Shown here: one piece after another, positions 1 to 8,254 of the stretch
Layout: each line of letters starts with the position of its first letter
Numbering within the stretch: position 1 is the first letter of the stretch
IMG/VR virus record: IMGVR_UViG_3300044858_005015
Span: 4,270 to 68,269 of that record
DNA length: 64,000 bases
Source of the DNA: a virus
Direction: 5' to 3' (one strand)
Position numbers and translations under genes: made by a program
The notes under the pieces: model-generated
Database searches by the model: none
What the model saw: the letters and a program-made list of their open reading frames with translations, nothing else
What the model was told of the DNA's origin: nothing

Positions 1-870
1 TACATGCCAAACCCCCGTTGTTTGGTTTAGCATCTTCAAATGAGGAGCGTAAGTGATTGTTGGGAACAATTTTGACATATCCCAAAGCTCGTATTGGGAG
101 TTGTGCCACATTTTGGTCTTGTATTTTTTGTAGCTATCAATTTGTGTACCCATATCGAGCATTCTCTCTATGCCGACTTTTTTGACAAATTCCATTTTTT
201 GATCAGCATTTTCGATCAAATTATAATTTTTTAAAGGGATATCGGTCGATTTTGTCATAGCCAACCACTCAGGAACTACAATTCCATTTAGTGCGTAAAC
301 TCTAACATTACCCCTTCCTTTGTAACGGATTGCAGGTTGTCCGTCGCCATGTATAACATTGTTTTCGTTGAGGTTAATCTCAACAGGTTTTTGACAAACA
401 ATACACATGTTTTGTGGTCCAACATCTTTAATGTTGAAAATGTAACCGAGTATGTGAGATGCTCGCATCGCTTCGTATTCAGCGTTCACTTCATACTTGA
501 TTCCGACTTCATCACGGAAAAAATCATAAAAACTATAAAACGATGCATCAAAAGATCCTCTTAAATAAGGAGTGTAGAATTGTTCAATTTGTAATTTTAA
601 TTTTCCGTCAAAATAATCATCGACTAATTTAGGAATATCATTAGCTCGATGGGTTTTGGCTAAATTACAAGCCACCCATGCTTCAACAGGATCATCAAAC
701 ACAAGGACAGGGGTTGTTTCTTGTTTGAGAACGATTTTTTGAAGATCATGGATAATATCTACTGCGTCGTCAAAGCTGAATCTGTCTGTAGATGTCCCTA
801 GTTTAATCCATTTGTCTACATATTGAGGCATTGCGGATTTTTGCTTGTCGGTTAGTCCTTCGATTTTCAT
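1..870 (-). CDS. DUF6745-like phage protein, runs off the left edge of the window
   Basis: Absent from the ORF track because it is open to the edge. Manual translation from ATG 870 gives MKIEGLTDKQKSAMPQYVDKWIKLG...IHGDGQPAIRY...YALNGIVVPEWL...ENADQKMEFVKKVGIER; the LHxxxxPAIxY / NGxxVPEW pattern is typical of this family. Confidence 0.6.
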   Translation of the reverse strand, partial: MKIEGLTDKQKSAMPQYVDKWIKLGTSTDRFSFDDAVDIIHDLQKIVLKQETTPVLVFDDPVEAWVACNLAKTHRANDIPKLVDDYFDGKLKLQIEQFYTPYLRGSFDASFYSFYDFFRDEVGIKYEVNAEYEAMRASHILGYIFNIKDVGPQNMCIVCQKPVEINLNENNVIHGDGQPAIRYKGRGNVRVYALNGIVVPEWLAMTKSTDIPLKNYNLIENADQKMEFVKKVGIERMLDMGTQIDSYKKYKTKMWHNSQYELWDMSKLFPTITYAPHLKMLNQTTGVWHV

Positions 871-944
871 ATTTGAATGTTATTATTATACTCTTGTTTT
901 TTTTCAATACCTTTGATTAGAGTGGTAAAGTTTTCAAGTTCATA

Positions 945-1145
945 TTACTTGTTATGAGTCCAAAGTGAAAGCTGCTGGTAGGCTTTAAGTCGCTCTAGCC
1001 AAGCACTATCCGTACACCAGGCGATATTGCGAGCCAGAAGCGAGGGTTGAGGCTTACTCTTAAAGGTTACCGAACGGTAAACGATTTGCAGAGCTTCCTT
1101 TACTGCTACGAGCATATCTATTAAGAGATAGATGAGATGTTTCAT
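945..1145 (-). CDS. hypothetical protein (start moved to ATG 1145)
   Basis: TTGCCT-N17-CATAAT promoter (1186-1158) lies inside the longer track ORF, just upstream of MKHLIYLL. Confidence 0.5.
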   Translation of the reverse strand: MKHLIYLLIDMLVAVKEALQIVYRSVTFKSKPQPSLLARNIAWCTDSAWLERLKAYQQLSLWTHNK

Positions 1146-1188
1146 TATTGGATGTATATTATGTAGGGTTGTTGGAAGAAAGGCAAGT

Positions 1189-1386
1189 TTAAAGTGTTTG
1201 AACCAGCTTAATAATATCATCTTCGGTAATGTTCTTGAAGGTAACTCCTCCCAGATGCCAGGTTCCGGGATATAGGGTAGAGAGTTTAGTAAGGAATTCT
1301 TTATCTCTGTCTACTAGAACGTCATAGTCCTTCCGTGAAAGGTGCACCCTGTCTACTTTAATAATAGATCCGTTCTTAGTTGTCAT
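1189..1386 (-). CDS. hypothetical protein
   Basis: ORF track; TTGCCT box at 1430-1425 upstream. Confidence 0.6.
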   Translation of the reverse strand: MTTKNGSIIKVDRVHLSRKDYDVLVDRDKEFLTKLSTLYPGTWHLGGVTFKNITEDDIIKLVQTL

Positions 1387-1436
1387 CTTAGCTTATGGTT
1401 TAATAATAAAGGAATTTTAATTAAAGGCAACTTAAG

Positions 1437-1673
1437 TTAGAGCTGGGCCAGTAGAGCTAATTCAAATTTAATTTTTTGCTCCAGGTATCGAACTTCTTTT
1501 TTGAGATCATCCAATTTGTTTTCCATCAAAGCTTCTGTCTCAATAGGGATGTCGTCTCCTCGCCCTGCTAGGATTCTATTAATGACCCGAGAGGTCCCGC
1601 TAACGCTATCCAGTTGCCTATTAATCCACTTGAGGGTGTTAAGAGACATTTGCTTTTGTTGTTTTTTATTCAT
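1437..1673 (-). CDS. hypothetical coiled-coil protein
   Basis: MNKKQQKQMS start immediately follows the stop of the RadA-like gene. Confidence 0.55.
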   Translation of the reverse strand: MNKKQQKQMSLNTLKWINRQLDSVSGTSRVINRILAGRGDDIPIETEALMENKLDDLKKEVRYLEQKIKFELALLAQL

Positions 1674-1674
1674 A

Positions 1675-2595
1675 TTAGGTAGTTTGAATGAAAGTGTATT
1701 GGGCTTTTTGGCCGCGGCCATCCTTTTTGATAACTTCTAGCATTGTCAGCTCCCGAAGAACAGACTGAGCCTTCAACGAGCAGCCCAAGAGGTCGGTAGC
1801 CGTCTTGAGATTGATCTGTCCGTTCTGCTTAACGGCATTGAGAATTTTGTCTTTGTACTGAGCAGTCTTACCCTTCTTAGCGGGTTTGTCATCTTCAGAC
1901 TCAACTTCAACCTTCTCAAAGTCAAAGCCGTTAGAGGTCATATAGAAGCAGATCTCATTCGTAGAACCAAAGCGATTCTTAGTCGTATTGAAGATACGGA
2001 CAGAAGGATCCTCTTTGCACTTCTCCATCATGATCGTGCAATCAACGGAATGGCTCAACAAGGTACTGCCGCGATATTGCCCTGCTTTGGTCATATGTTG
2101 AATCGTGCCAACAACAACTTCGAGTTCCTTAGCCTTCGAAGTAATGTAGTTAGAAAGATACTCTTCCAGCTGGCGGCCGCGGATCTTCTTACGAGAAGTT
2201 AAAGCGGGGAAGGAATCCAAGATAACAATCTCATATTTGCCTTCAGCAATAACTTCAAAGATATCCTCGATGACAGACATATTAGCTACAGAAACAAGCT
2301 CAACACCCAGACGCTTACAAGTAAACGCTAGCTGTGCCGTAGCCTCTTCACAAGAGACATAAGCCGTCTTCTTACCAGACTTCTCAAGCAATTCGAGCAT
2401 CTGCAGCATGCAGGTAGTCTTACCAGAACCTGCAGAAGCAGCGAGCATAAAGGACATACCAGGGAGAAGCCCCGAGCCACCAAATACATCATCGAGGTCC
2501 TTACGACCCGTCTTAAACCGGCGCGAGTAAATCTCAGGAATCTTAACATCCTTGACGCGCTGGAAGCCTTTAGAGTTGGTCTTGATTACTTTCAT
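1675..2595 (-). CDS. RadA/Sms-like RecA-fold ATPase (no Zn finger, no Lon-like domain)
   Basis: Walker A ASAGSGKT, Walker B VILDS, RadA signature KNRFG, TG..DLD.VFGG; start MKVIKT placed by the upstream promoter. Confidence 0.8.
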   Translation of the reverse strand: MKVIKTNSKGFQRVKDVKIPEIYSRRFKTGRKDLDDVFGGSGLLPGMSFMLAASAGSGKTTCMLQMLELLEKSGKKTAYVSCEEATAQLAFTCKRLGVELVSVANMSVIEDIFEVIAEGKYEIVILDSFPALTSRKKIRGRQLEEYLSNYITSKAKELEVVVGTIQHMTKAGQYRGSTLLSHSVDCTIMMEKCKEDPSVRIFNTTKNRFGSTNEICFYMTSNGFDFEKVEVESEDDKPAKKGKTAQYKDKILNAVKQNGQINLKTATDLLGCSLKAQSVLRELTMLEVIKKDGRGQKAQYTFIQTT

Positions 2596-2602
2596 TGTTA
2601 CA

Positions 2603-2631
2603 AGTATATCGGAACTGTAATGGGTCGGCAA
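2603..2631 (-). promoter_or_regulatory. sigma70-like early promoter of the RadA-like gene
   Basis: TTGCCG-N17-TATACT, ATG 7 nt downstream. Confidence 0.65.
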
Positions 2632-2696
2632 CATTATTATCCCTAAACTTTAAGAACTAAGACTTAAGATTTAAGACTGAGTTATGAACAAAAATA

Positions 2697-2761
2697 CCTC
2701 TGAGCATTGTGTATTGTGTGAAGAATATCAATTTCTCAAATGAGAATCCAATGCTCAGAGG
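2697..2761. repeat. 13-bp perfect inverted repeat with an internal hairpin
   Basis: CCTCTGAGCATTG (2697-2709) / CAATGCTCAGAGG (2749-2761); internal TTCTCA-AA-TGAGAA. Confidence 0.8.
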
Positions 2762-2832
2762 CATAAATAATTATGTGAAGAATATTAATACTCAAAAACT
2801 GTTTACAAAAAATAAAGAAAAGGCTGTTTGGG

Positions 2833-3006
2833 TGGCATATAGATCACATTAAACCCATCAATACATTCGATTTAACAGATCCAGAACAACAAAAACAATG
2901 CTTTCATTATACAAATCTTCGACCATTATGGTATCAAGATAATTTAAAAAGACCTAAAGATGGAAGTGATATAACTAAACCGATATATTACGAGAAAAAT
3001 TCTTAA
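2833..3006 (+). pseudogene. C-terminal remnant of an HNH-type homing endonuclease
   Basis: WHIDHIKPINTFDLTDPEQQKQCFHYTNLRPLWYQDNLK; the upstream in-frame ATG (2773) is followed directly by TGA. Confidence 0.7.
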
Positions 3007-3229
3007 TCACACTAAAGGCTCCGTTCGCAACTAAGTACTTCTTCTGAGACTTGTAACAGCTATCACTTAAGACTTGAATCTCAGATCCAACCTTTCCGGT
3101 TGAAACCATGACTCCTTTCTTACGTTTGCCTACATTAAAAAGACGAGCACAGCTTCCACAGAGCTGAGTATGAGGTATTAGTTCTAATCTTTCTTTTTCA
3201 ACTGCATTAAAACAATGGGTGCAAATCAT
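2975..3229 (-). CDS. TraR/DksA-type C4 zinc-finger protein
   Basis: MICTHC...ERLELIPHTQLCGSC matches the CxxC...RL..IP....CxxC pattern. Confidence 0.7.
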   Translation of the reverse strand: MICTHCFNAVEKERLELIPHTQLCGSCARLFNVGKRKKGVMVSTGKVGSEIQVLSDSCYKSQKKYLVANGAFSVIKNFSRNISV

Positions 3230-3278
3230 GACATCATTAAAGAGGAACCAGGAAAAGACTTCAAGGTTAAAATTAAAG

Positions 3279-3307
3279 TTGCCGACATCTTCAAGTTCCT
3301 CCATAAT
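3279..3307 (+). promoter_or_regulatory. sigma70-like early promoter
   Basis: TTGCCG-N17-CATAAT, ATG at 3314. Confidence 0.6.
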
Positions 3308-3313
3308 AGTGGT

Positions 3314-3448
3314 ATGCTAATAAAAGATCAAATCAAACACTTCGTAGAAACTATGAAGGCTATCTATGTCGGTATTTGTGTAGGACTTGTGACTGCCATG
3401 CTCTTAGTTGAAATCGTTAAGACAATCTTTAGACAATTCTTCATTTAA
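3314..3448 (+). CDS. small single-TM protein
   Basis: MLIKDQIKHFVETMKAIYVGICVGLVTAMLLVEIV; start set by promoter. Confidence 0.5.
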   Translation: MLIKDQIKHFVETMKAIYVGICVGLVTAMLLVEIVKTIFRQFFI

Positions 3449-3449
3449 T

Positions 3450-3578
3450 ATGTTCAAGAAACTGCTAGACAATTATTGGGTTCAGTGCTTTTTGGAAACC
3501 AGCAAAGCCGTCATTATTGCTGGGTTCACTTTGTATCTAGGCTTGCTAATAATCTCAAAACTTATTAAACTGCTCTAA
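3450..3578 (+). CDS. small single-TM protein resembling the preceding gene
   Basis: Manual translation MFKKLLDNYWVQCFLETSKAVIIAGFTLYLGLLIISKLIKLL; stop overlaps next ATG (TAATG). Confidence 0.5.
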   Translation: MFKKLLDNYWVQCFLETSKAVIIAGFTLYLGLLIISKLIKLL

Positions 3579-3805
3579 TGCCTCATTATCAAATTGAGTA
3601 CTACAACAAGCTGTGGAAGGATTGGCTTGCCTTTGACCAGCACTTCTACAAAACCGAGGAAGCTGCCCGCAAGGTAGCCGACGATTACAAACAAAACAAA
3701 ACCGGAATCAAAACCCGAATAATCCAAACAACCATACTCGATGAAAAACCTCGACAAACTCGCAAACGAAATCTGGGACCAAAAGTGTCCACAGAAAAAG
3801 CGTGA
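3578..3805 (+). CDS. hypothetical protein
   Basis: ORF track, coupled start. Confidence 0.5.
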   Translation: MPHYQIEYYNKLWKDWLAFDQHFYKTEEAARKVADDYKQNKTGIKTRIIQTTILDEKPRQTRKRNLGPKVSTEKA

Positions 3806-3956
3806 ACTGATTCATCAGCTCATTGACTACTCCTCGGCTAAAGATAAGACCAAGATCTTAGCCCATGCCGAAGTCAAAAGAATGCCAGATTACAAGCTTG
3901 ACTCCTTCACTGCTAACTATAAACTATCTGGAGACGGTCATAAGGTGATCAAATGA
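3741..3956 (+). CDS. hypothetical protein
   Basis: ORF track, ATGA coupling to next gene. Confidence 0.6.
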   Translation: MKNLDKLANEIWDQKCPQKKRELIHQLIDYSSAKDKTKILAHAEVKRMPDYKLDSFTANYKLSGDGHKVIK

Positions 3957-4363
3957 GAAGTCGAGTCAAGCCTCAGACGCTGGAAGAACATATCCGTTCC
4001 CAAGAACAACTCTTACACCTTCCTGACCTTGAACTATACTTTGCTGACTTCATTAATAAAATAACTGGCAAATCAGACTTCCGAAAGTTTGGTGTAACAG
4101 GTAAAAAGACAGCACTTGAACGCTTCTACAACAAGTACGAAAAAGATCAGTACCAAGATTGGGATATTAACATTATATGTAGTGTGAGGTTAAAGCCTAG
4201 AATAGCTCTTACAAAAGAATACTATCTTCAAAAACGTTTCCCTAAGAACCTCATCATTGAAAAGAAAATAAAAGGGGTAACAGAAATATTTACTGGCTAT
4301 GATGAGTACATTCCTTTAATAATTGAATACTTCAAAATGCTTGAAGAAAAATACAACAAATGA
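3953..4363 (+). CDS. possible GIY-YIG/T5orf172-like nuclease-fold protein
   Basis: FRKFGVT...ERF and G.TEIF motifs resemble this superfamily. Confidence 0.4.
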   Translation: MRSRVKPQTLEEHIRSQEQLLHLPDLELYFADFINKITGKSDFRKFGVTGKKTALERFYNKYEKDQYQDWDINIICSVRLKPRIALTKEYYLQKRFPKNLIIEKKIKGVTEIFTGYDEYIPLIIEYFKMLEEKYNK

Positions 4364-4650
4364 AAAAGCTTTTACTCCTTTCAATCCTTCTGTCGGGATG
4401 TGCTTACAATGGTCCGGAGATCATTGCCCTCAACTACCCTCCCTTCATCAACTATAACACCCAGCCCTTAAGACAAGCTATCGAACGAACGGATAACGAA
4501 GCAATGAAGCTAGAAGAGTTCGTCCGGAGATCTAACAACAGACAAGACTTGCTTCAAGCTTTGAGAGCCTCTCGACAAGCTAATCGCGATCTCTACAAAC
4601 AACTTCAGAACCCTTGGAACGGCTTCTACTTACTCAATAACTATCCTTAA
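4360..4650 (+). CDS. putative lipoprotein
   Basis: MKKLLLLSILLSGC lipobox. Confidence 0.65.
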   Translation: MKKLLLLSILLSGCAYNGPEIIALNYPPFINYNTQPLRQAIERTDNEAMKLEEFVRRSNNRQDLLQALRASRQANRDLYKQLQNPWNGFYLLNNYP

Positions 4651-4651
4651 T

Positions 4652-4834
4652 ATGGCATCCTTAGCACAAAAACCTTACTACAACGTCGAACGCCGGAATC
4701 GAGATGAGAACTCCTGGTACCAAGTCATGCTGGCACCCTTTAAGACATTTGAGGAATGTATTGAGTACATTCAAAAGTACTCTCAATACTACCCGGCTGA
4801 GTACTGTAATTATCGCATTACTTACGAAGACTAA
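4652..4834 (+). CDS. hypothetical protein
   Basis: ORF track, operonic spacing. Confidence 0.55.
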   Translation: MASLAQKPYYNVERRNRDENSWYQVMLAPFKTFEECIEYIQKYSQYYPAEYCNYRITYED

Positions 4835-4844
4835 ATAATAGTCT

Positions 4845-5120
4845 ATGATAGAAAGACTATACGAAGAAGTAATGCTGGAGGAAGGCATTAAAGACTGGAT
4901 CAAAGAACACAAAGACATCTTAAAGAAGTTTGTATCAGAGCTAGGAGTATTAGGGGCAGGGGCGGTGTCGCCTGTTCTTATGGCAAACTATTTGAATGAT
5001 TTCTTAAAAGCCAACCCTGAACTACTCCTTCAGCATAGAGAATTAGCAGGTAAGACAGTAAATATGATTGCTACTTTTCTAGCAAACAACCCTCAGGTTA
5101 TAGACTGGATTATGTCTTAA
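4845..5120 (+). CDS. late hypothetical protein, possible internal head protein
   Basis: TAAATA just upstream; N-terminus MIERLYEEVMLEE. Confidence 0.55.
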   Translation: MIERLYEEVMLEEGIKDWIKEHKDILKKFVSELGVLGAGAVSPVLMANYLNDFLKANPELLLQHRELAGKTVNMIATFLANNPQVIDWIMS

Positions 5121-5920
5121 CCTACCGTGCCGACGAGCTCTGCACCGTTATAGTACTCTACTCTAAGCGAATCTATTACCAGGTTGCGTGTAGGTACCCC
5201 TGATACCCACTTGGCTACTACCCAAGACGGAAACACTACCGTACCACTTAAAGAAGGACTATTCCAGTTAGGACGGAAGTTAGAGCGTTCTTGTACTGCA
5301 TTATTATTAACTATCCAAGATGTATTAGCAGAGGTAAGAGCAGTAGTATAGTTGTCTTGGGCTAAGCCTTCCCAGTTAGTACCAAAGCTTATCGATATAT
5401 TACTAGCATTAGCAGCTACCTTCTGCATTTTTATAATACCTAAAAAGCTATTAACTGCACTTGTACCTATAACAGCATTAGTAGGAAAGGGCATGCCTGC
5501 ATAAGTTGTATTAATAAAGTTGCTAGTTGTTGACGAACCGTAGTAGAGGGCATTAATATTAAAACCTCCGTTAGTAAAAACAAACGGTGTAGTGGCAGAT
5601 GGCCTCCAAGATGTATAAGTGGTGTGAGATATAGTGTTGCCTGCCGATGTTGTACCTTGCTGATTGGTCCATCCTACAATACCTCCGTTGTTAGCCGATA
5701 CAGACCCATTAAAAGATAAACCAAAAAATGCATCTCCGTTCCATGCATAAGAAGTATTAGCTTCATTCGTACTTACTGGCCAACCTTCAACCCAGGCCTT
5801 ATAATAAAAGACCATTGTATCAGCTGTAGAAGGCTGAGCAGGTAATTGTACTCTTGCTGCCTGATAACCTAAACTATCAGCTCTTAATTCTAGTCTATCG
5901 TTGTTAATGACTGCCGGCAT
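5117..5920 (-). CDS. virion/tail-associated beta-rich protein
   Basis: S/T/N/G/W-rich composition, late block. Confidence 0.5.
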   Translation of the reverse strand: MPAVINNDRLELRADSLGYQAARVQLPAQPSTADTMVFYYKAWVEGWPVSTNEANTSYAWNGDAFFGLSFNGSVSANNGGIVGWTNQQGTTSAGNTISHTTYTSWRPSATTPFVFTNGGFNINALYYGSSTTSNFINTTYAGMPFPTNAVIGTSAVNSFLGIIKMQKVAANASNISISFGTNWEGLAQDNYTTALTSANTSWIVNNNAVQERSNFRPNWNSPSLSGTVVFPSWVVAKWVSGVPTRNLVIDSLRVEYYNGAELVGTVG

Positions 5921-5924
5921 ATTA

Positions 5925-6401
5925 TTATGCTAAGGGAAGAGAAGCGGCTCCGTCCTGAATAGCCTCTTCAAAAGTATAAGGAGCAGGCGACCAATCGTTA
6001 CGAGGCTCTGGATTAGCTGCATACTCTGCCAAAATAATATTAAGCCAGGCACGAACAGGTGAAACCTTCTCTGAAGAAAGACCAAATGAAGCTAATTTAT
6101 CTTCGATGTCCTTAAGAGCTACGAGACGGAGAGCAGTATAACCTTGACTCTCGATCCATTTTTCTGCAGATACCTTAGGCTTATTCTGTTGTTTAAAAGC
6201 TTCTCTCTTCTCTTCTTGAGAAACTAGCTTATTGTCTTCTAGAAAGTAAATGATTTTGGGACTAGCCTCAAAACCGGCTTTAATAGTATCGGCTTGATCT
6301 TGGGTAACCTGCACCACTTTACCGTTAGGGGGAGTTACTTTAGGCTCTTCATCAGTTACGCGAAGAACACCGTTACGAGGGCCTAGAATTGCATATTTCA
6401 T
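5925..6401 (-). CDS. hypothetical late protein, possible tail-fibre chaperone
   Basis: TAAATA upstream; adjacent to a fibre-like gene. Confidence 0.45.
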   Translation of the reverse strand: MKYAILGPRNGVLRVTDEEPKVTPPNGKVVQVTQDQADTIKAGFEASPKIIYFLEDNKLVSQEEKREAFKQQNKPKVSAEKWIESQGYTALRLVALKDIEDKLASFGLSSEKVSPVRAWLNIILAEYAANPEPRNDWSPAPYTFEEAIQDGAASLPLA

Positions 6402-6441
6402 AGTGTTTAATTATTTATTATTTAATAGCAGACTTTACTTT

Positions 6442-7242
6442 TTAAAGACTATCTATCCATTTAAAGGATTGTTTAATTTGCTCTGAAAATTGCCGACCTA
6501 AAACTTCGTTCCAGTCAGGAGCTACCGGTTCTACTTTACCACGAATCGTGTGATCCCCGTAAGGCCAACCGAGCTCATGTTCATGGGTGTATTGTTCTAC
6601 GTTATTAAAGTCGTGAGAAGGAGCCTCAATGCCTAGATAATTCCAGACTGCAGTCATTGTCTCAGCAGGGGCCTTGGTCAGAGATTCAAAATGAACGAAG
6701 TGAAGCTTACTCTTAAACCGCTTAACAGCGTCTGAGAGCCGCTCTACTGCGATACCTAAAGGCGGCATATTCAGCCACCCTTGTGCGCGTTTTTCTACCG
6801 TGGTCCAAAGTTGTGGGTTCTGTTTTTCCACTCCGGTAAAGGGAAAGGGATGTTTTTGCCATTTTTTCTCAAAGGAGGAAAGAATACCGCGCATGTCTCG
6901 TACCGGTACTAGAACTTTAGCATCAGGCCAGATAGCAAAAAGCATATCGAGATGCCCAACCCACGAACGGCATTTATCAGCTACAATAGGTCGATCTGTC
7001 AGCCGGTTGAAGGCATTCTCACATCCCCCTTTTACATAATCGTAGAACAGTGTTTCGCCATCTTTGGGGTTTGGAATTGTTTTAAATTCTTCAGTCGCAG
7101 AGAATTGCCGAGCAATATAACCGATTTCGTGGAGCCCTGAGGTTGCGGTTGAGTGAACCTTAGGATTCTGTGCTAAGAGGTTCATTAAAAGAGTTGACCC
7201 CGATCTCGGAAGCCCCGACACAAAAATTATTTTTTTACTCAT
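6442..7242 (-). CDS. sulfotransferase family protein
   Basis: PAPS-binding loop SGLPRSGSTLL; VRD...SF 3'-phosphate motif. Confidence 0.85.
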   Translation of the reverse strand: MSKKIIFVSGLPRSGSTLLMNLLAQNPKVHSTATSGLHEIGYIARQFSATEEFKTIPNPKDGETLFYDYVKGGCENAFNRLTDRPIVADKCRSWVGHLDMLFAIWPDAKVLVPVRDMRGILSSFEKKWQKHPFPFTGVEKQNPQLWTTVEKRAQGWLNMPPLGIAVERLSDAVKRFKSKLHFVHFESLTKAPAETMTAVWNYLGIEAPSHDFNNVEQYTHEHELGWPYGDHTIRGKVEPVAPDWNEVLGRQFSEQIKQSFKWIDSL

Positions 7243-7318
7243 AGATTTTTATGTTATAAATTAATAATAACCTCTAGAGAAATCAAATAATTTAATATCT
7301 TTCCTTTTGTGTGGTTCT

Positions 7319-8254
7319 TTACGGTACATTAGGGTAGTTTGTCCAAGCAGAGACGGTGATACCGCTCTTGCCGCCAATAGTTTGTCCAGACCCTAAAGTG
7401 TAGCCCGTGGCATCTGGGCCGATATAAATGTTGGTTATTCCTGAATTATAGAATGCGTAACTTCCGATGGAGCCGATTGGTTGATTGAGGTAAGCGGAAG
7501 TTAAACCGAAGCAGTCACGGAATGCGTCACTTCCAATGGTGGTAACGCTGTTGGGGATTGTGAGATTGCCTGTGAAACCGGAGCACTTGTTAAAGGCAAA
7601 GTCTCCAATGGAGGTGACGCTATTAGGTATTGTGAGACTTCCAGTAAAGTTGTTATTATAAAACGCATAACTTTCAATGGTGACAACACTGTTTGGAAGT
7701 ACAAGTTCTCCGTCGAATGAGTTTGCTAAGGAAAGCGAAAAGTTGGCAAATGCATATTGTCCGATTGATGTGACGCTATTTGGTATAGTGAGTTCACCGC
7801 GAAGAAGCGCATTGTCTGCAAAATTGTCATGGATGGTGGTTCTGCCATCCGCGATGATTGTTCTGGTGAAGTATGTATCGTAAAATGCGTAGCTTCCAAT
7901 TGAGGTGACGCCAGTTCCGATGATGAGATTACCCGTGAAGCCAGTGCAATATCTGAATGCGTTGCTTCCGATGGAGGTAACGCTATTGGGTATAACGATA
8001 TCGCCTGTGAGATATGAGCAGCCGCTGAATGCGTAGTCACCAATAGAAGTGGCGGAGTTTCCGATATACAGTTGAGTAATGTCGGTGTTGCTGGCCTTCC
8101 AGTTTGACGGAATGTCTCCATTGAGAAACTGAGTATCCTGGACATTTCCATCGTATATAAGTGTTGGAAATAGTGGAATGTCTTCAAAGCATCTAAGAGC
8201 AGTTCTTATGCCGGAAAGTGTTGTACTGGAAGCTGTAGTAAGTTCTATAGACAT
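7319..8254 (-). CDS. BspA-type leucine-rich repeat protein (copy 1)
   Basis: Multiple LxIPNSVTSIGxxAFxxC repeats. Confidence 0.9.
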   Translation of the reverse strand: MSIELTTASSTTLSGIRTALRCFEDIPLFPTLIYDGNVQDTQFLNGDIPSNWKASNTDITQLYIGNSATSIGDYAFSGCSYLTGDIVIPNSVTSIGSNAFRYCTGFTGNLIIGTGVTSIGSYAFYDTYFTRTIIADGRTTIHDNFADNALLRGELTIPNSVTSIGQYAFANFSLSLANSFDGELVLPNSVVTIESYAFYNNNFTGSLTIPNSVTSIGDFAFNKCSGFTGNLTIPNSVTTIGSDAFRDCFGLTSAYLNQPIGSIGSYAFYNSGITNIYIGPDATGYTLGSGQTIGGKSGITVSAWTNYPNVP

